Positions 53,871 through 63,656 of a stretch of 64,000 nucleotides of DNA are shown here, piece after piece. Every line of letters starts with the position of its first letter. Position 1 is the stretch's first letter. The DNA is from Planctomycetota bacterium (GTDB taxonomy: Bacteria > Planctomycetota > SZUA-567 > H5-PLA8), in NCBI GenBank assembly GCA_038227875.1, contig JBBRPR010000004.1, forward strand, positions 64,001 through 128,000, in the 5' to 3' direction. A program made the position numbers and the translations under genes. The notes below the pieces were generated by a model. It had not been told where the DNA came from. It worked only from the letters and a program-made list of their open reading frames with translations, and made no database searches.

Positions 53871-54797
53871 ATGCTCACCCAACAGCAGGTCGATCAGTTT
53901 CACCGCGAAGGATTTCTGATTCTGCGTGGCATGTTCGCCGGCAAAGAGCTCGAATTGCTCCGCGCTGCCGCCACGCGCGTGCAGGAGGAAGGCGTCGCGA
54001 ATCTGGGCGCCGATCACCTCTACACCAACATACCCGGCAAGGGCAAAGTCTACTTCCGCAGCGAACGAATGTGGGAACGCGACCCGATCTTCCAGGCCGT
54101 CACCGTCAAGCCGGAACTGCTGGAATGCATCGGCCAATGCGTCGGCCATCCGTTCCTGCCGATCAACGATTCCTTTGTCTGCAAACTTCCTGAAGGCAAC
54201 GTGCCGATCACGTGGCATCAGGATCCGCCGTATGGTTCGACCAAACAAGAATACGCGTCGACCTTCGAAGTGCCGAATTTCGACGTCGACATTTACCTCG
54301 ACGACTCCACGATCGAAAATGGCTGCGTCTGGGGAATTCCCGGCCATCACCTCGTCGGCCATATCGACCTCAAACGTTTTACCGAAGACGAACTCTTCTC
54401 GAAATTTGGCGCGGTGCCGATGCTGATGGCGCCCGGCGATGTGCTCTTCCACAGCTTGTCGGCGCCGCACGGTTCGCGTGGCAATCTCACCAAGACGATG
54501 CGCCGCATTTTCTACGTCCATTACATGGCGCGCGAAGTCCTGGAATACTGCTACCCCGGCTGGGGCAAGAAGAGCGGCTTTACTGAATCCGGAATGGCGT
54601 TCGCCGGAAACATGCTCAACGTTCGCAAGTCCTTCGGCTTTGAGGGCATCGAGAACAGCAAGGTGATCTTCACGCCGGAAGGCTACGCCTTCACTGGGCA
54701 GCCAGGAACTCCGCCGCGCCACTGGGGCGCGTTGCTGGCGGCGATGAGCGACGAGGAGAAAGCGCGCAAGCGGATGCTGGAGTCGGTGCTGGCCTAG
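53871..54797 (+). CDS. PhyH-family Fe(II)/2OG dioxygenase
   Basis: F.REGF, WHQD, IPGHH, PGDVLFH...PHGS..N..RR. Confidence 0.9.
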   Translation: MLTQQQVDQFHREGFLILRGMFAGKELELLRAAATRVQEEGVANLGADHLYTNIPGKGKVYFRSERMWERDPIFQAVTVKPELLECIGQCVGHPFLPINDSFVCKLPEGNVPITWHQDPPYGSTKQEYASTFEVPNFDVDIYLDDSTIENGCVWGIPGHHLVGHIDLKRFTEDELFSKFGAVPMLMAPGDVLFHSLSAPHGSRGNLTKTMRRIFYVHYMAREVLEYCYPGWGKKSGFTESGMAFAGNMLNVRKSFGFEGIENSKVIFTPEGYAFTGQPGTPPRHWGALLAAMSDEEKARKRMLESVLA

Positions 54798-54831
54798 AAT
54801 TTCATCAGCAACAGCATCAATGTTGAAAACG

Positions 54832-54861
54832 TAACGACTCGGGCCACGTGGCCCGAGTCGT
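54832..54861 (+). terminator. probable terminator (perfect 30-bp palindrome)
   Basis: AACGACTCGGGCCACGTGGCCCGAGTCGTT followed by TTT. Confidence 0.7.
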
Positions 54862-54911
54862 TTTCATGTCAGAATTCGAATGACAAGCGTCAGCGCTGAT
54901 GTATTAATAAT

Positions 54912-54951
54912 GTTAGCATTTTAAAAGTACGTTAGTCATTTTAAAAATGAC
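54912..54951. promoter_or_regulatory. candidate operator upstream of the oxidoreductase
   Basis: GTTAG(T)CATTTTAAAA direct repeat x2; palindrome GTCATTTT-a-AAAATGAC. Confidence 0.5.
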
Positions 54952-54972
54952 CATCAATACGGAGATTAACTC

Positions 54973-55989
54973 ATGAAAGTCGGAATCATCGGTGCTGGGG
55001 GCATCGCCCACACGCACGCAAAGGCCATCAAAGCCGCCGGACACGAACTGGTTGCGGTGACCGATGTTGACGCCGCGCGCGCCAACGCCTTCGCCACGAC
55101 GCATACGACGCTCGCGTTGGGTTCCGTCGGGCAACTGCTGGAGCAGGACCTGCAGCTCGTAACCATCGCCGCACCCAACCGTTTTCATTTCGAGCTCTCA
55201 GCTCAAGCCTTGAAAGCCAAACGCGCGGTGCTCTGCGAAAAGCCGCTCACGGCCAACGCTGAACAATCGCAGAAGCTGATTGAACTCGCCCGCCACGAGC
55301 GCCAGCCGCTCTTCGTGGGCTTCATGAAACGCGCTCATCCGGTGATGCAGAAGTTTCACGCGTACGCGCAGCAGATCGGGCCGCTGACCAGCGGGCTGGT
55401 CCGCGTGCACATGCATTGCGACGTGAAAGTCTGGGAGAACATCGCGTCCGCGATGAAAAATCCCAAAGACCCGCGGCACGAAGCGGGCTGCGGCATGCTC
55501 GCCATGGTCGACAGCCACATGCTCGATTTGCTGCTCTGGGCCGCCGGCCCGGTCAAGCGGGTCGTCGGCGCGCGCTTGCAATACCGCGCCGGTTGCGCGC
55601 CGATGGACTGCGCCGCGCACGCGTTGCTGGAGATGGAAAACGGCGCGTCGATCCTGCTCGACAGTTCCTTCTCGCCCCTGACCGGCGTCGGCCGTCGCGA
55701 AAACGGGCGCGACGAGTTGATCGAACTGCGCGGGGACGCGGGACTCGCGCGCATCTTCACACCCGTCGCCGACCGCCCGGAAACCGACGCGCCCGTCGCC
55801 GAACACTGGGACGAAGCGAGCAAAGGCTGGGAAGGTTCGACGATCAATGGCGTCAACTACTACACGCGGGAATTCGAATATATTGCGCTGGCGCTGCGCG
55901 GCGAAACGGTGCCCCTCGCGACCGGCGAGGATGGCGCGCGCGTCGACGCGTTGATCGACGACATCGTCCGCGCTTCCAGCGAGTGCTGA
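54973..55989 (+). CDS. Gfo/Idh/MocA-family oxidoreductase
   Basis: KVGIIGAGGIA, VLCEKP, VGFMKR, SHMLD. Confidence 0.9.
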   Translation: MKVGIIGAGGIAHTHAKAIKAAGHELVAVTDVDAARANAFATTHTTLALGSVGQLLEQDLQLVTIAAPNRFHFELSAQALKAKRAVLCEKPLTANAEQSQKLIELARHERQPLFVGFMKRAHPVMQKFHAYAQQIGPLTSGLVRVHMHCDVKVWENIASAMKNPKDPRHEAGCGMLAMVDSHMLDLLLWAAGPVKRVVGARLQYRAGCAPMDCAAHALLEMENGASILLDSSFSPLTGVGRRENGRDELIELRGDAGLARIFTPVADRPETDAPVAEHWDEASKGWEGSTINGVNYYTREFEYIALALRGETVPLATGEDGARVDALIDDIVRASSEC

Positions 55990-56114
55990 TCGCAGGCGGA
56001 AAGACCCCAAAATGCAGCGTTTTAGCCATGGGACAAAATTGTCCCAGGGTTAGAATTCAACCCAGAATCGATCGTCGCCTTTCAACGGAACGATCTCTCG
56101 GATGTAAAACCATC

Positions 56115-57620
56115 GTGACGCTGCTGCCGCTGAATCCGCACCCGACCTGCGCCCTCCGCGCCCTTGTTGCGTGTGCGGCGTTGTCACTTGCGGGTTGTGG
56201 GCAGACGCAGAAGCCGGCCGCGACACTCACGCTCGTTGCTCCACAGCCTGAACCAATCGTCAAAACCAGCGCCGTCGAATCCGCGCCTCCGGTAAAAGCA
56301 GAGCCTCAGCCGGACGTCGCGATTACACCGAAGAAGGCACCGAGCGATCCGAAGGACTTCGAACCGGCGGTGCAACAGGTTCGCGCCTTGGAACAGAGCG
56401 CCGATTTTTCGCGCGCGCTGGAGCTCGTCAAAAGCATTCAGGTGAACTTCAACGACCATCCGGAGTTTGCCGAAACCGTGTACGACCTCTCGACGCGCGT
56501 GGCCGTCGAAAAAAATCAGGCCGACGCGCTGGGCTTCGCCGCCAGCAGCCTGGCCGACCCCGGCTGCGCGGAACTCGCCTCGCAGGCGTTTCAGGAAGCC
56601 GGCGATGCCGGCCGGCTGGTGCTGCGCAATTCGTACGCGGGCAGCAGTGATGAAATGAAACTTCTCATCTTGAAAAAACTTCAGGCCATGGGCGACGAGC
56701 ACGTTCCGGAATTGGTGGCCGAACGCCTCGCCCACGACATCTCGCCTGAATTGGAACACACGTTCGTTGAGATGCTGCAGCTGTCGCTCAGCCGATTGTA
56801 TCGGCCGAGCCTTCCGGCGCTCTTCGCGGTAGCGAAGACCAATCCGGGCAAGCACGTGGAACTGATCGGATTCCTCTATGCCGCCGCGCGCCGGGCCAAC
56901 GCCGATCAGCCGCCGGATTTTGAAAAGCTCTTTCAGGACGCCGGCGCGTATGAGTTTTTCAGGGCGCAGAATCTGCTCGGCACGGTTTCGAAGGACGGAC
57001 TGGCGGTCTGTTTCAATTTCGACGAGGGCTCCGGCACCAGCGCCACGAATTCCGGCACCCGCGGCGGGAAGGCCGACGTGAAAGCCACGTGGATTCCCGG
57101 CAGGAAAGACGGCGCGTTAAAGTTCAACGGCAACGACGAAATGGTCACCTACAACGACCCGCTGCTGAACGTCGGCCGCGACGACGCCGACTTCACGCTC
57201 GCCTTCTGGTTCTACCTCGAAAAAAGCGCGACCGGCGGCTGGCGGAACATCACGCACCGAGGCACGTCCGATGATCAGCGCACGTTCGCGCTGTGGATGA
57301 AGCCGGATTCCGATTCCATCCACTGCCGCATTTCCACGCTCGGTAACGGCAACGACGGCGTCGAAGCGACCAACGCCAAAATCGCGCTGAATGCGTGGAC
57401 GCACGTCGCCTACGTCAAGCGCGGCAAAATGCTGAAGATTTTTATCAACGGACAACCGGATTCCGAAGCGCAGCTGGGGGGCCGCGTCATGTCCAATTGC
57501 GGTCCGGTCTACATCGGCAAGGACCCGTGGTACGCCGGCCCCGCCTGCGCCATCGACGAATACCGCATCTATCTACGCGCACTCACCGATGGGGAAGTGC
57601 GGCTGCTGTCCAATCCGTAA
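56115..57620 (+). CDS. lipoprotein with C-terminal LamG/concanavalin-like domain
   Basis: lipobox LAGC; FDEGSG, FT.AFW, WTHVA, IDEYRIY.RAL; start re-picked within ORF 55416. Confidence 0.82.
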   Translation: MTLLPLNPHPTCALRALVACAALSLAGCGQTQKPAATLTLVAPQPEPIVKTSAVESAPPVKAEPQPDVAITPKKAPSDPKDFEPAVQQVRALEQSADFSRALELVKSIQVNFNDHPEFAETVYDLSTRVAVEKNQADALGFAASSLADPGCAELASQAFQEAGDAGRLVLRNSYAGSSDEMKLLILKKLQAMGDEHVPELVAERLAHDISPELEHTFVEMLQLSLSRLYRPSLPALFAVAKTNPGKHVELIGFLYAAARRANADQPPDFEKLFQDAGAYEFFRAQNLLGTVSKDGLAVCFNFDEGSGTSATNSGTRGGKADVKATWIPGRKDGALKFNGNDEMVTYNDPLLNVGRDDADFTLAFWFYLEKSATGGWRNITHRGTSDDQRTFALWMKPDSDSIHCRISTLGNGNDGVEATNAKIALNAWTHVAYVKRGKMLKIFINGQPDSEAQLGGRVMSNCGPVYIGKDPWYAGPACAIDEYRIYLRALTDGEVRLLSNP

Positions 57621-57640
57621 CAGTCGTCGTTCGACATTCC

Positions 57641-58765
57641 TCACAACGATCCGCGCTTCGCCTGCTCGCGTTCGATCGCTTCGAATAGCGCGCGGAAATT
57701 GCCTTCGCCGAAGCCGACGGAATTACCACGGCGCTGGATGATTTCGTGGAACAACGTCGGGCGGCCGAAGACCGGATGCGTGAACAACTGCAGCAGATAC
57801 CCATCCGGCCGGTCGCGGTCGACGAGAATCTTCAGGTCCTTCAGGCTCTGCAGTTCTTCGCGAATGTCGCCGACGCGCTTGATGAACTCCGCGTCGTAGT
57901 ACGTGTCCGGCACGTCCATGAAACTCACGCCCTGGGCGCGCATTTCGCGGACGGTGGAAATGATGTTGGGAGTCAGCAGCGCGATGTGCTGGACGCCGGG
58001 GCCTTTGAATTCGTCGAGGAACTCCTGGATTTGCGAGTTCTTGCTCGAGGGTTCGTTGATCGGAAGCTTGATGTAGCCGTCGTCGTCGCCGACGACTTTG
58101 CTCATCAGCGCGCTGCGGCCGGTGTTGATGTCGAAGTGCGCCGTCTGATCGAAACCGAAGACGCGCGCGTAAAACGCGACCCATTCGTCCATGTTCTCGA
58201 CGTTGGCGACGATGTGGTCGATCATCGCGAGCTGAATCTCGCCGTCTTCGATGCCGCCGCCGCAGTCCACGTACCCCGGCGCAAACGCGCCGTGGCGTTT
58301 GCGCTGAATAAAGGTGTGAATCGTGTCGCCGTACGCCGCAATCGAACCGCCGATGAAAATGTCGTGCTCGTCCAGTTTCCGCACAATCTTCGCGCCCTGA
58401 GCTTCCGCGTGCTTCAAGGCCACTGCCGTATCGCGGACGCGGAAGGCGACGTCGCGCACGCCCGGTCCGTGCTTGGCGACGAAGTCGCGAATGAAATCCG
58501 CGTCGCTGCCCTGTCCGGCGGCTTGCGCGAAGAGAAAGTTGATGCGCCCCTGGCCGACAACAATCGCGCGCCGGCCGTTCAGGCCCGTCGACGGATCGCC
58601 ATGCGCGCGGCGGTACATGCCGTAACCGTTGATGTAATAGTTCGCCCATTTGTCGACGTCGTCGACGAAGAATTCGATGTGATCGATCGACTTCACGCCC
58701 AGCGGATTGTGGTGCTTGGGATGTTGGATGACGGGGGTACCCGCTGCTTCTGAATGCGTGTCCAT
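57641..58765 (-). CDS. hppD: 4-hydroxyphenylpyruvate dioxygenase
   Basis: IDHIV.NV, PINEP, SQIQEFL, GPGVQHIAL, GYLLQLFT, GFGEGNFRALFEAIEREQ. Confidence 0.95.
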   Translation of the reverse strand: MDTHSEAAGTPVIQHPKHHNPLGVKSIDHIEFFVDDVDKWANYYINGYGMYRRAHGDPSTGLNGRRAIVVGQGRINFLFAQAAGQGSDADFIRDFVAKHGPGVRDVAFRVRDTAVALKHAEAQGAKIVRKLDEHDIFIGGSIAAYGDTIHTFIQRKRHGAFAPGYVDCGGGIEDGEIQLAMIDHIVANVENMDEWVAFYARVFGFDQTAHFDINTGRSALMSKVVGDDDGYIKLPINEPSSKNSQIQEFLDEFKGPGVQHIALLTPNIISTVREMRAQGVSFMDVPDTYYDAEFIKRVGDIREELQSLKDLKILVDRDRPDGYLLQLFTHPVFGRPTLFHEIIQRRGNSVGFGEGNFRALFEAIEREQAKRGSL

Positions 58766-58767
58766 GT

Positions 58768-59328
58768 TTAGCTCCTGCCGCTGGTCTTCGTGAGCGAGCG
58801 TGTGCCTTCCGTTTTTCCAGACGCGACGGCGACTTCCGCCGGTGGATTGCCAAAGGGAACATCGAGGGTGTGCTTGCTGGTCGCGAGCACCAGCGTGGTG
58901 TGAATCTTGGAGACGCCCGGCAGCGTGCTGAGCCGATCGACGAGCACCGACCGCAGCGCGCCAACATCGCGCGCGAGCAGTTTGAGCAGAAAATCGAATT
59001 CGCCGGCGACGTGGTGGCACTCCAGCACGTCGGAGAGTTCCGAGACCGCCTTTTCGAAACGCAGCAGTGCCTTCTGATCGTGATCGTGAAGATTGACGGA
59101 GACAAAGACGACGACCTGATGCCCCAGCGCGCGCGGATCGATGCGTGCCGTGTACCCTTCGATCACGCCGCTGCGTTCCAGCCGCCGCACGCGCTCAAGG
59201 GTGCTCGACGGCGAAAGTCCGCAGCTTTCCGCGAGTTCCACGTTGGCCATCCGCCCATCGTTCTGCAGCGCCCTGAGGATCGCGAGATCAATGGCGTCGA
59301 GCACGGGTAATTCTGCATCCAGCGGCAT
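58768..59328 (-). CDS. Lrp/AsnC-family regulator
   Basis: LDAIDLAILRALQNDGR..LSPSSTLERVRRLE..GVI.GY; AGEFDFLLK. Confidence 0.93.
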   Translation of the reverse strand: MPLDAELPVLDAIDLAILRALQNDGRMANVELAESCGLSPSSTLERVRRLERSGVIEGYTARIDPRALGHQVVVFVSVNLHDHDQKALLRFEKAVSELSDVLECHHVAGEFDFLLKLLARDVGALRSVLVDRLSTLPGVSKIHTTLVLATSKHTLDVPFGNPPAEVAVASGKTEGTRSLTKTSGRS

Positions 59329-59362
59329 TTTCAGAACCTCGTCCTGAAAATTGTGTATAACA

Positions 59363-59401
59363 CAGAATATTATGCGTTCAATAGTCGGAATGCAGAATAT
59401 T
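59363..59401. promoter_or_regulatory. candidate Lrp-family binding sites
   Basis: CAGAATATT at 59363 and 59393 (30-bp spacing) upstream of lrp-hppD. Confidence 0.5.
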
Positions 59402-59420
59402 GCATGGCGGCGGCTTTTTA

Positions 59421-59449
59421 TCTCGCGCAAAGACGCAAAGACGCAAAGA
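59421..59449 (+). repeat. octamer tandem repeat (CGCAAAGA x3)
   Basis: TCTCG CGCAAAGA CGCAAAGA CGCAAAGA; degenerate inverted relative at about 53702-53730. Confidence 0.7.
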
Positions 59450-59484
59450 ACGGCGCGGGAAAGGTGGGTCGAAGTGGTGCGGAC

Positions 59485-60198
59485 TCAATAGTCCAGCAAC
59501 ATTGGCAAGTGATGTTCCACTGAAAGTTTGGATAACTCATAGAACACTGCGAAGGCGAAGCGTGCACCACTCTCCAGCGGACTGCCATGGTCAGGGCAAC
59601 TTCGTCGCCAGTTAGAAATCGAAGTTGAATCCACGTTCCATGTCCGGGAATTGAGTACCTGAAGTTCTTTGTGTAGCGCCACGCTGGAGCCTAAGAAGAT
59701 TTCCTTTCCACTCAGACAGGGCGCCGCGAACGTAAAATCGAAATTGGCGGGTAGCCACCATTCGGCACCCGATAAAAGTTGCTTGTACTTTGTTCCCGAA
59801 TTTGCACTCGCCCTTTGTAAATAAATTGGATCTTCATGCCAATCTTTTACGAACCCTTTAGGACATGGTTTCTCGGTTTGTTCGGAATACGCCGTCCAAA
59901 GCAGCAGGTGGCCGTAACAATCCCACGCCGGTTTATCAGTAAAGTAAGGACGTTCGCCTTGTTCGCTCCAGTCAACATCAGACACTCCGTGCGGTTTTAA
60001 CGCCGCCGCCAAGTCGTTGCGCCATTGCTCCGCAGCGCTCCTGATAACCGCCGGATCTGTAATGGCGTCCGCAGGCTCATTCGCGCGTACAACCGTGACC
60101 TGAGGAATAGCTCCAGCCTTCGCCGCCTGCTGTACAACATTGAGCCAATCGTGAAGGTAATACCGAGTCAGAGTGCCGACATACACATCAAGCCCCAT
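59485..60198 (-). CDS. hypothetical protein, lower GC than neighbours
   Basis: GGAGG RBS, MGLDVYVGTLTRYY...PMLLDY. Confidence 0.8.
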   Translation of the reverse strand: MGLDVYVGTLTRYYLHDWLNVVQQAAKAGAIPQVTVVRANEPADAITDPAVIRSAAEQWRNDLAAALKPHGVSDVDWSEQGERPYFTDKPAWDCYGHLLLWTAYSEQTEKPCPKGFVKDWHEDPIYLQRASANSGTKYKQLLSGAEWWLPANFDFTFAAPCLSGKEIFLGSSVALHKELQVLNSRTWNVDSTSISNWRRSCPDHGSPLESGARFAFAVFYELSKLSVEHHLPMLLDY

Positions 60199-60315
60199 GT
60201 CGCCTCCCATATTAGAAGTGAATTGGAGACTGCACGCTAAAGAGCCACCAAAAATCCGCAGAGACGGATTCGGTCACCTTTACAAGGTAAAAGATTCATC
60301 AATCATAGTTCATCG

Positions 60316-61374
60316 TTATTTTTTAAGCAGCAGCTCGCGCACCGCCGCTACCAGCGCGTCGGGGCTCACCGGCTTGACGAGGTATTTGAGCTTCGGGTGC
60401 GTCTGGACGACGAACTCGTTTTCCAACTGGTCGTAGGCGGAGCAGACGATGACGGGGATGTTGATCTGCTTGTCGACCATCCGCGACAGCACTTCCAGGC
60501 CGTGCAGGCCGGGCATCTTCATGTCGAGGACCACCAGGTCGATGCCGCCTTCCTGCAGGCGGTTCCACGCTTCCTGGCCGTCGCCGAGTTCGATCACGAT
60601 GTAACCGGACGCTTCAAGCCGCAGACGGAACACGAGACGAATACGCTTGTCGTCGTCGGCCACGAGCACCGTCGGTCGCACCGCGGCGTTGGCGGCCGTG
60701 CCGGGCGCGGCGGGGGTCGCCGTCGGCGGCGTGACGCCCGGCGGAATGATCGAGGGAGAAACCTTGCCAAACGCCAGATCGTGGCGGATCAGACTTTTCT
60801 GACCGGCCGGCTGCATCGGTTCGGACGGCACAGTCGGCAGGCTCGGGTTGCTTCCCGTGCGCATCGCGGCGGGAGCGGCCGGGACCGTGGGAGGAATAAT
60901 GGGGCGGGGCACGCTGGCCACCGTGCCCCGCGGCATCGCCGGCGCGGGAATTGGAGCGGGATGGATCGCCGTGGCGCGCGTCGGAGGATTCGTGCGCGGA
61001 ATGAAACTGACGTCCGGTGGCGGCGGCGCCTGAGCGGCGGCGTCCGCAGCAGATTCGAAACCCATCGCAAATGGCGAGCGTAGCCGACGGGTGCTCTGCA
61101 CCGATGCATCCATGTTGGCCGGTACCGGCTGCACCCCGCCCGAGGCCAGCAGATCGGTCAGAAACGTGCCGACTTGCTGATCGGCGTAACCGGTGGCGCG
61201 AAGATCTTTTTCGACCAGGTCGATGATGCTCTTGCGTTCTTCGTCGTCACGGATGATGGCGGCGAAGACGGCGCGCATTTGAAACATGGGCATGCGTCGA
61301 GCTTCAAATTCGCTGACGATAATCAGCGCCTTTGTCTCGAGACTCAATGCTTTGAGTGGTGCCCCGTCGCTCAC
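60316..61374 (-). CDS. response regulator: N-terminal helical domain, Pro-rich linker, C-terminal receiver
   Basis: VLVADDD, VVLDMKMPGLHG, CSAY, KP. Confidence 0.88.
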   Translation of the reverse strand: MSDGAPLKALSLETKALIIVSEFEARRMPMFQMRAVFAAIIRDDEERKSIIDLVEKDLRATGYADQQVGTFLTDLLASGGVQPVPANMDASVQSTRRLRSPFAMGFESAADAAAQAPPPPDVSFIPRTNPPTRATAIHPAPIPAPAMPRGTVASVPRPIIPPTVPAAPAAMRTGSNPSLPTVPSEPMQPAGQKSLIRHDLAFGKVSPSIIPPGVTPPTATPAAPGTAANAAVRPTVLVADDDKRIRLVFRLRLEASGYIVIELGDGQEAWNRLQEGGIDLVVLDMKMPGLHGLEVLSRMVDKQINIPVIVCSAYDQLENEFVVQTHPKLKYLVKPVSPDALVAAVRELLLKK

Positions 61375-61581
61375 GTGCAGGTCGTCCCCACTAGTCCGCC
61401 AATACTCCCGGCTCAGTATAGAGCAATTTACGCACCGATACCAATACCGTCAATCGGATTCACACTTGGAGGTACTTATGTGTCTACTAGTAGAGACCTA
61501 ACAGCAAGGCGTGTCCAGCAGGGATGTCCGGCCTGAAAGAGTACCGCTAGTAGCCAGCCTGCTTTTCGATATACTTCAGAC

Positions 61582-63111
61582 ATGAAAGTTCTGCTGGTCG
61601 ACGACGAACGCAGCATCCGCCTGACCCTCGGCGATGCCCTGGAAGATCAGGGCCACTCCGTCACGCGCTGTGAGAACCTGGCGCTGGGCAAGCAGGCGCT
61701 GAAAGACAGCGCTTATGATTGCGTCGTCACCGATCTGCAACTTCCTGACGGCTCCGGACTGGATCTGCTCTCCGCGGCGCGCGAACAGAAATCCGACGCG
61801 TCGCTGCTGGTGATCACGGCGCATCAGTCGATCGAGACGGCAATCGAGGCGACGAAATTCGGCGCCGACTATCTGATCAAACCGTTCCTGAACGAAGAAG
61901 TCATCGCGCGCCTGCAGAAAATTGACGAACTGCGGCTGCTGCGCGCGGAATTGAAAGAGCTGCGCACGCAGGCCACCGGCCGCGAACGCATCGACAAGAT
62001 CGTCGGCAAAACCAAGACGATGCAGGACCTCTACAAGACCATCGAAGCCATTGGACCGTCCGACGCGTCGGTGCTGATCACGGGCGAATCCGGGACCGGG
62101 AAGGAACTGGCCGCCGAGGCGATTCACCGCTGCTCGCAGCGCTGCGACAAGCGCATGATTAAACTCTCCTGCGCCGCGCTGCCCGACAACCTGCTCGAAG
62201 ATGAACTTTTCGGCCACGAAAAAGGCGCCTTCACCGACGCGCGCGAACGGAAAGCCGGCCGCTTCGAACTGGCCGACGGTGGCTCGATCTTCCTCGACGA
62301 CATCGACGACATGAGCGTGCAGACGCAGGTGAAGCTGCTGCGCGTGCTCCAGGAACGCGAGTTCGAACGCATCGGCGGGACGAAGACGATCAAGATCAAC
62401 GTTCGCGTGATCGCCGCGACGAAAGTCGATCTGTCGCTGCTCGTCCGCCAGGGCCGGTTCCGCGACGACTTGTATTTCCGCCTGCGGGTGATCGAACTGC
62501 GCCTGCCGCCACTGCGCGAACGCGCCGCGGATCTGCCGCTGCTGATTCAGCACTTCATCGAACGCCACGGCCGCGGCCGGCCGTACTTTGCCGGCGCCGA
62601 AGCGCTGCAGGCGATGTCGGAGTATTCGTGGCCGGGCAACATCCGCGAGCTGGAAAACGCGGTGATGCGCGCGATCGCAATGTCCGGTGCGTCGGAGCAC
62701 CTGGACGAACGTTACCTCCTGCAGAAACCCGCCGGGATGAGCCAGAATGCCGGCGAAATGAGCATCCCGTCGCTGGGCGGAACGCTGCTGTCGCCGCATT
62801 CCAACACGACGGCCGCACCGTCGGCATCGACGTCCGGCCGGGGCAACGCGGTCGCGACGCCGCCACCGGTCCAGGCGCCTGCAACCACAGCTCCAAGTTC
62901 CGCGTTGGCGCCGGCAGTGAATCCGGCCGACGCGATGACCGAACAGAATTTCCGCGCGCTGCGCGAGATTGTGGCGGAGACGGAACGCGCGTATATTCTG
63001 CGCGCGCTGCAATTGAGCGGCGGGAGCAAGACGCGCGCCGCCGAACTGCTCGACATTTCGCGCAAGAATCTCTGGGAAAAAATGCGCGACCTGGGCATCA
63101 ACAACACGTGA
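61582..63111 (+). CDS. sigma-54-dependent NtrC/AtoC-family response regulator
   Basis: receiver, GESGTGKE, ELFGHEKGAFTDA, FR.DLYFRL, WPGNIRELEN, Fis-type HTH. Confidence 0.94.
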   Translation: MKVLLVDDERSIRLTLGDALEDQGHSVTRCENLALGKQALKDSAYDCVVTDLQLPDGSGLDLLSAAREQKSDASLLVITAHQSIETAIEATKFGADYLIKPFLNEEVIARLQKIDELRLLRAELKELRTQATGRERIDKIVGKTKTMQDLYKTIEAIGPSDASVLITGESGTGKELAAEAIHRCSQRCDKRMIKLSCAALPDNLLEDELFGHEKGAFTDARERKAGRFELADGGSIFLDDIDDMSVQTQVKLLRVLQEREFERIGGTKTIKINVRVIAATKVDLSLLVRQGRFRDDLYFRLRVIELRLPPLRERAADLPLLIQHFIERHGRGRPYFAGAEALQAMSEYSWPGNIRELENAVMRAIAMSGASEHLDERYLLQKPAGMSQNAGEMSIPSLGGTLLSPHSNTTAAPSASTSGRGNAVATPPPVQAPATTAPSSALAPAVNPADAMTEQNFRALREIVAETERAYILRALQLSGGSKTRAAELLDISRKNLWEKMRDLGINNT

Positions 63112-63125
63112 GACACGAAGCCGTC

Positions 63126-63647
63126 ATGGAAGCACCTCCCGTCACTCCGCCGAAAAAGCACAAGTACGTCCTGCCGTTCATCATTCTCGTGATTCTCTGC
63201 GGGATGGCGTCGCCGCTGGTGCTCTCGGCGTGGAAGCACCGCGAACTGACCTCCAACGAAACCGCCACGCTCGCGCTGATCCGCGAATACACCAAGGCGC
63301 AGGACGAGCGCTTCAAATCGCGCGGCGCCTATGCGACGAACCTCGATGAACTGGCACTCTCCGCGAAGTTGCCGCCGCTGGATAATCCCAAATCGACGCC
63401 GCTGAACGGTTACCGCTTCCGGATCCTCACCGATAGCATTGAAGGCTCGTGGCTGGATGCCGACGGCAAGCTGACGAAAAGTTTCGGCCTGCTCGCCGTT
63501 CCTTCTGATTACATGGTGACGGGTCGCGACACATTTCTGGTGCACGGCCAGGAAATTTTCGTCGTCGACTTCGAAGTCCGCACCGCGCAGCTCACGCGGG
63601 AATTGCGCGCGTTCGGTTTGCCGCCGAGTGCGCAGAAGGTGGAATAA
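63126..63647 (+). CDS. membrane-anchored DUF2950-like protein
   Basis: TM, NE.A...IR.Y..AQ, P.NGYRFRIL, FGLLAVP.DY..TG..TFLV; start re-picked. Confidence 0.7.
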   Translation: MEAPPVTPPKKHKYVLPFIILVILCGMASPLVLSAWKHRELTSNETATLALIREYTKAQDERFKSRGAYATNLDELALSAKLPPLDNPKSTPLNGYRFRILTDSIEGSWLDADGKLTKSFGLLAVPSDYMVTGRDTFLVHGQEIFVVDFEVRTAQLTRELRAFGLPPSAQKVE

Positions 63648-63656
63648 TTCGCCCGT

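Noticed and set aside
54843..54852. CCACGTGG core resembling a third parS
   Set aside because: Flanks are GGG/CCC rather than GTT/AAC; better explained as a terminator hairpin.
55416..56114. N-terminal extensions given by the ORF track (also 24407, 36368, 48498, 62628 and the 59020/20131 ends)
   Set aside because: They overlap neighbouring genes; downstream starts with RBS or signal peptides fit better.
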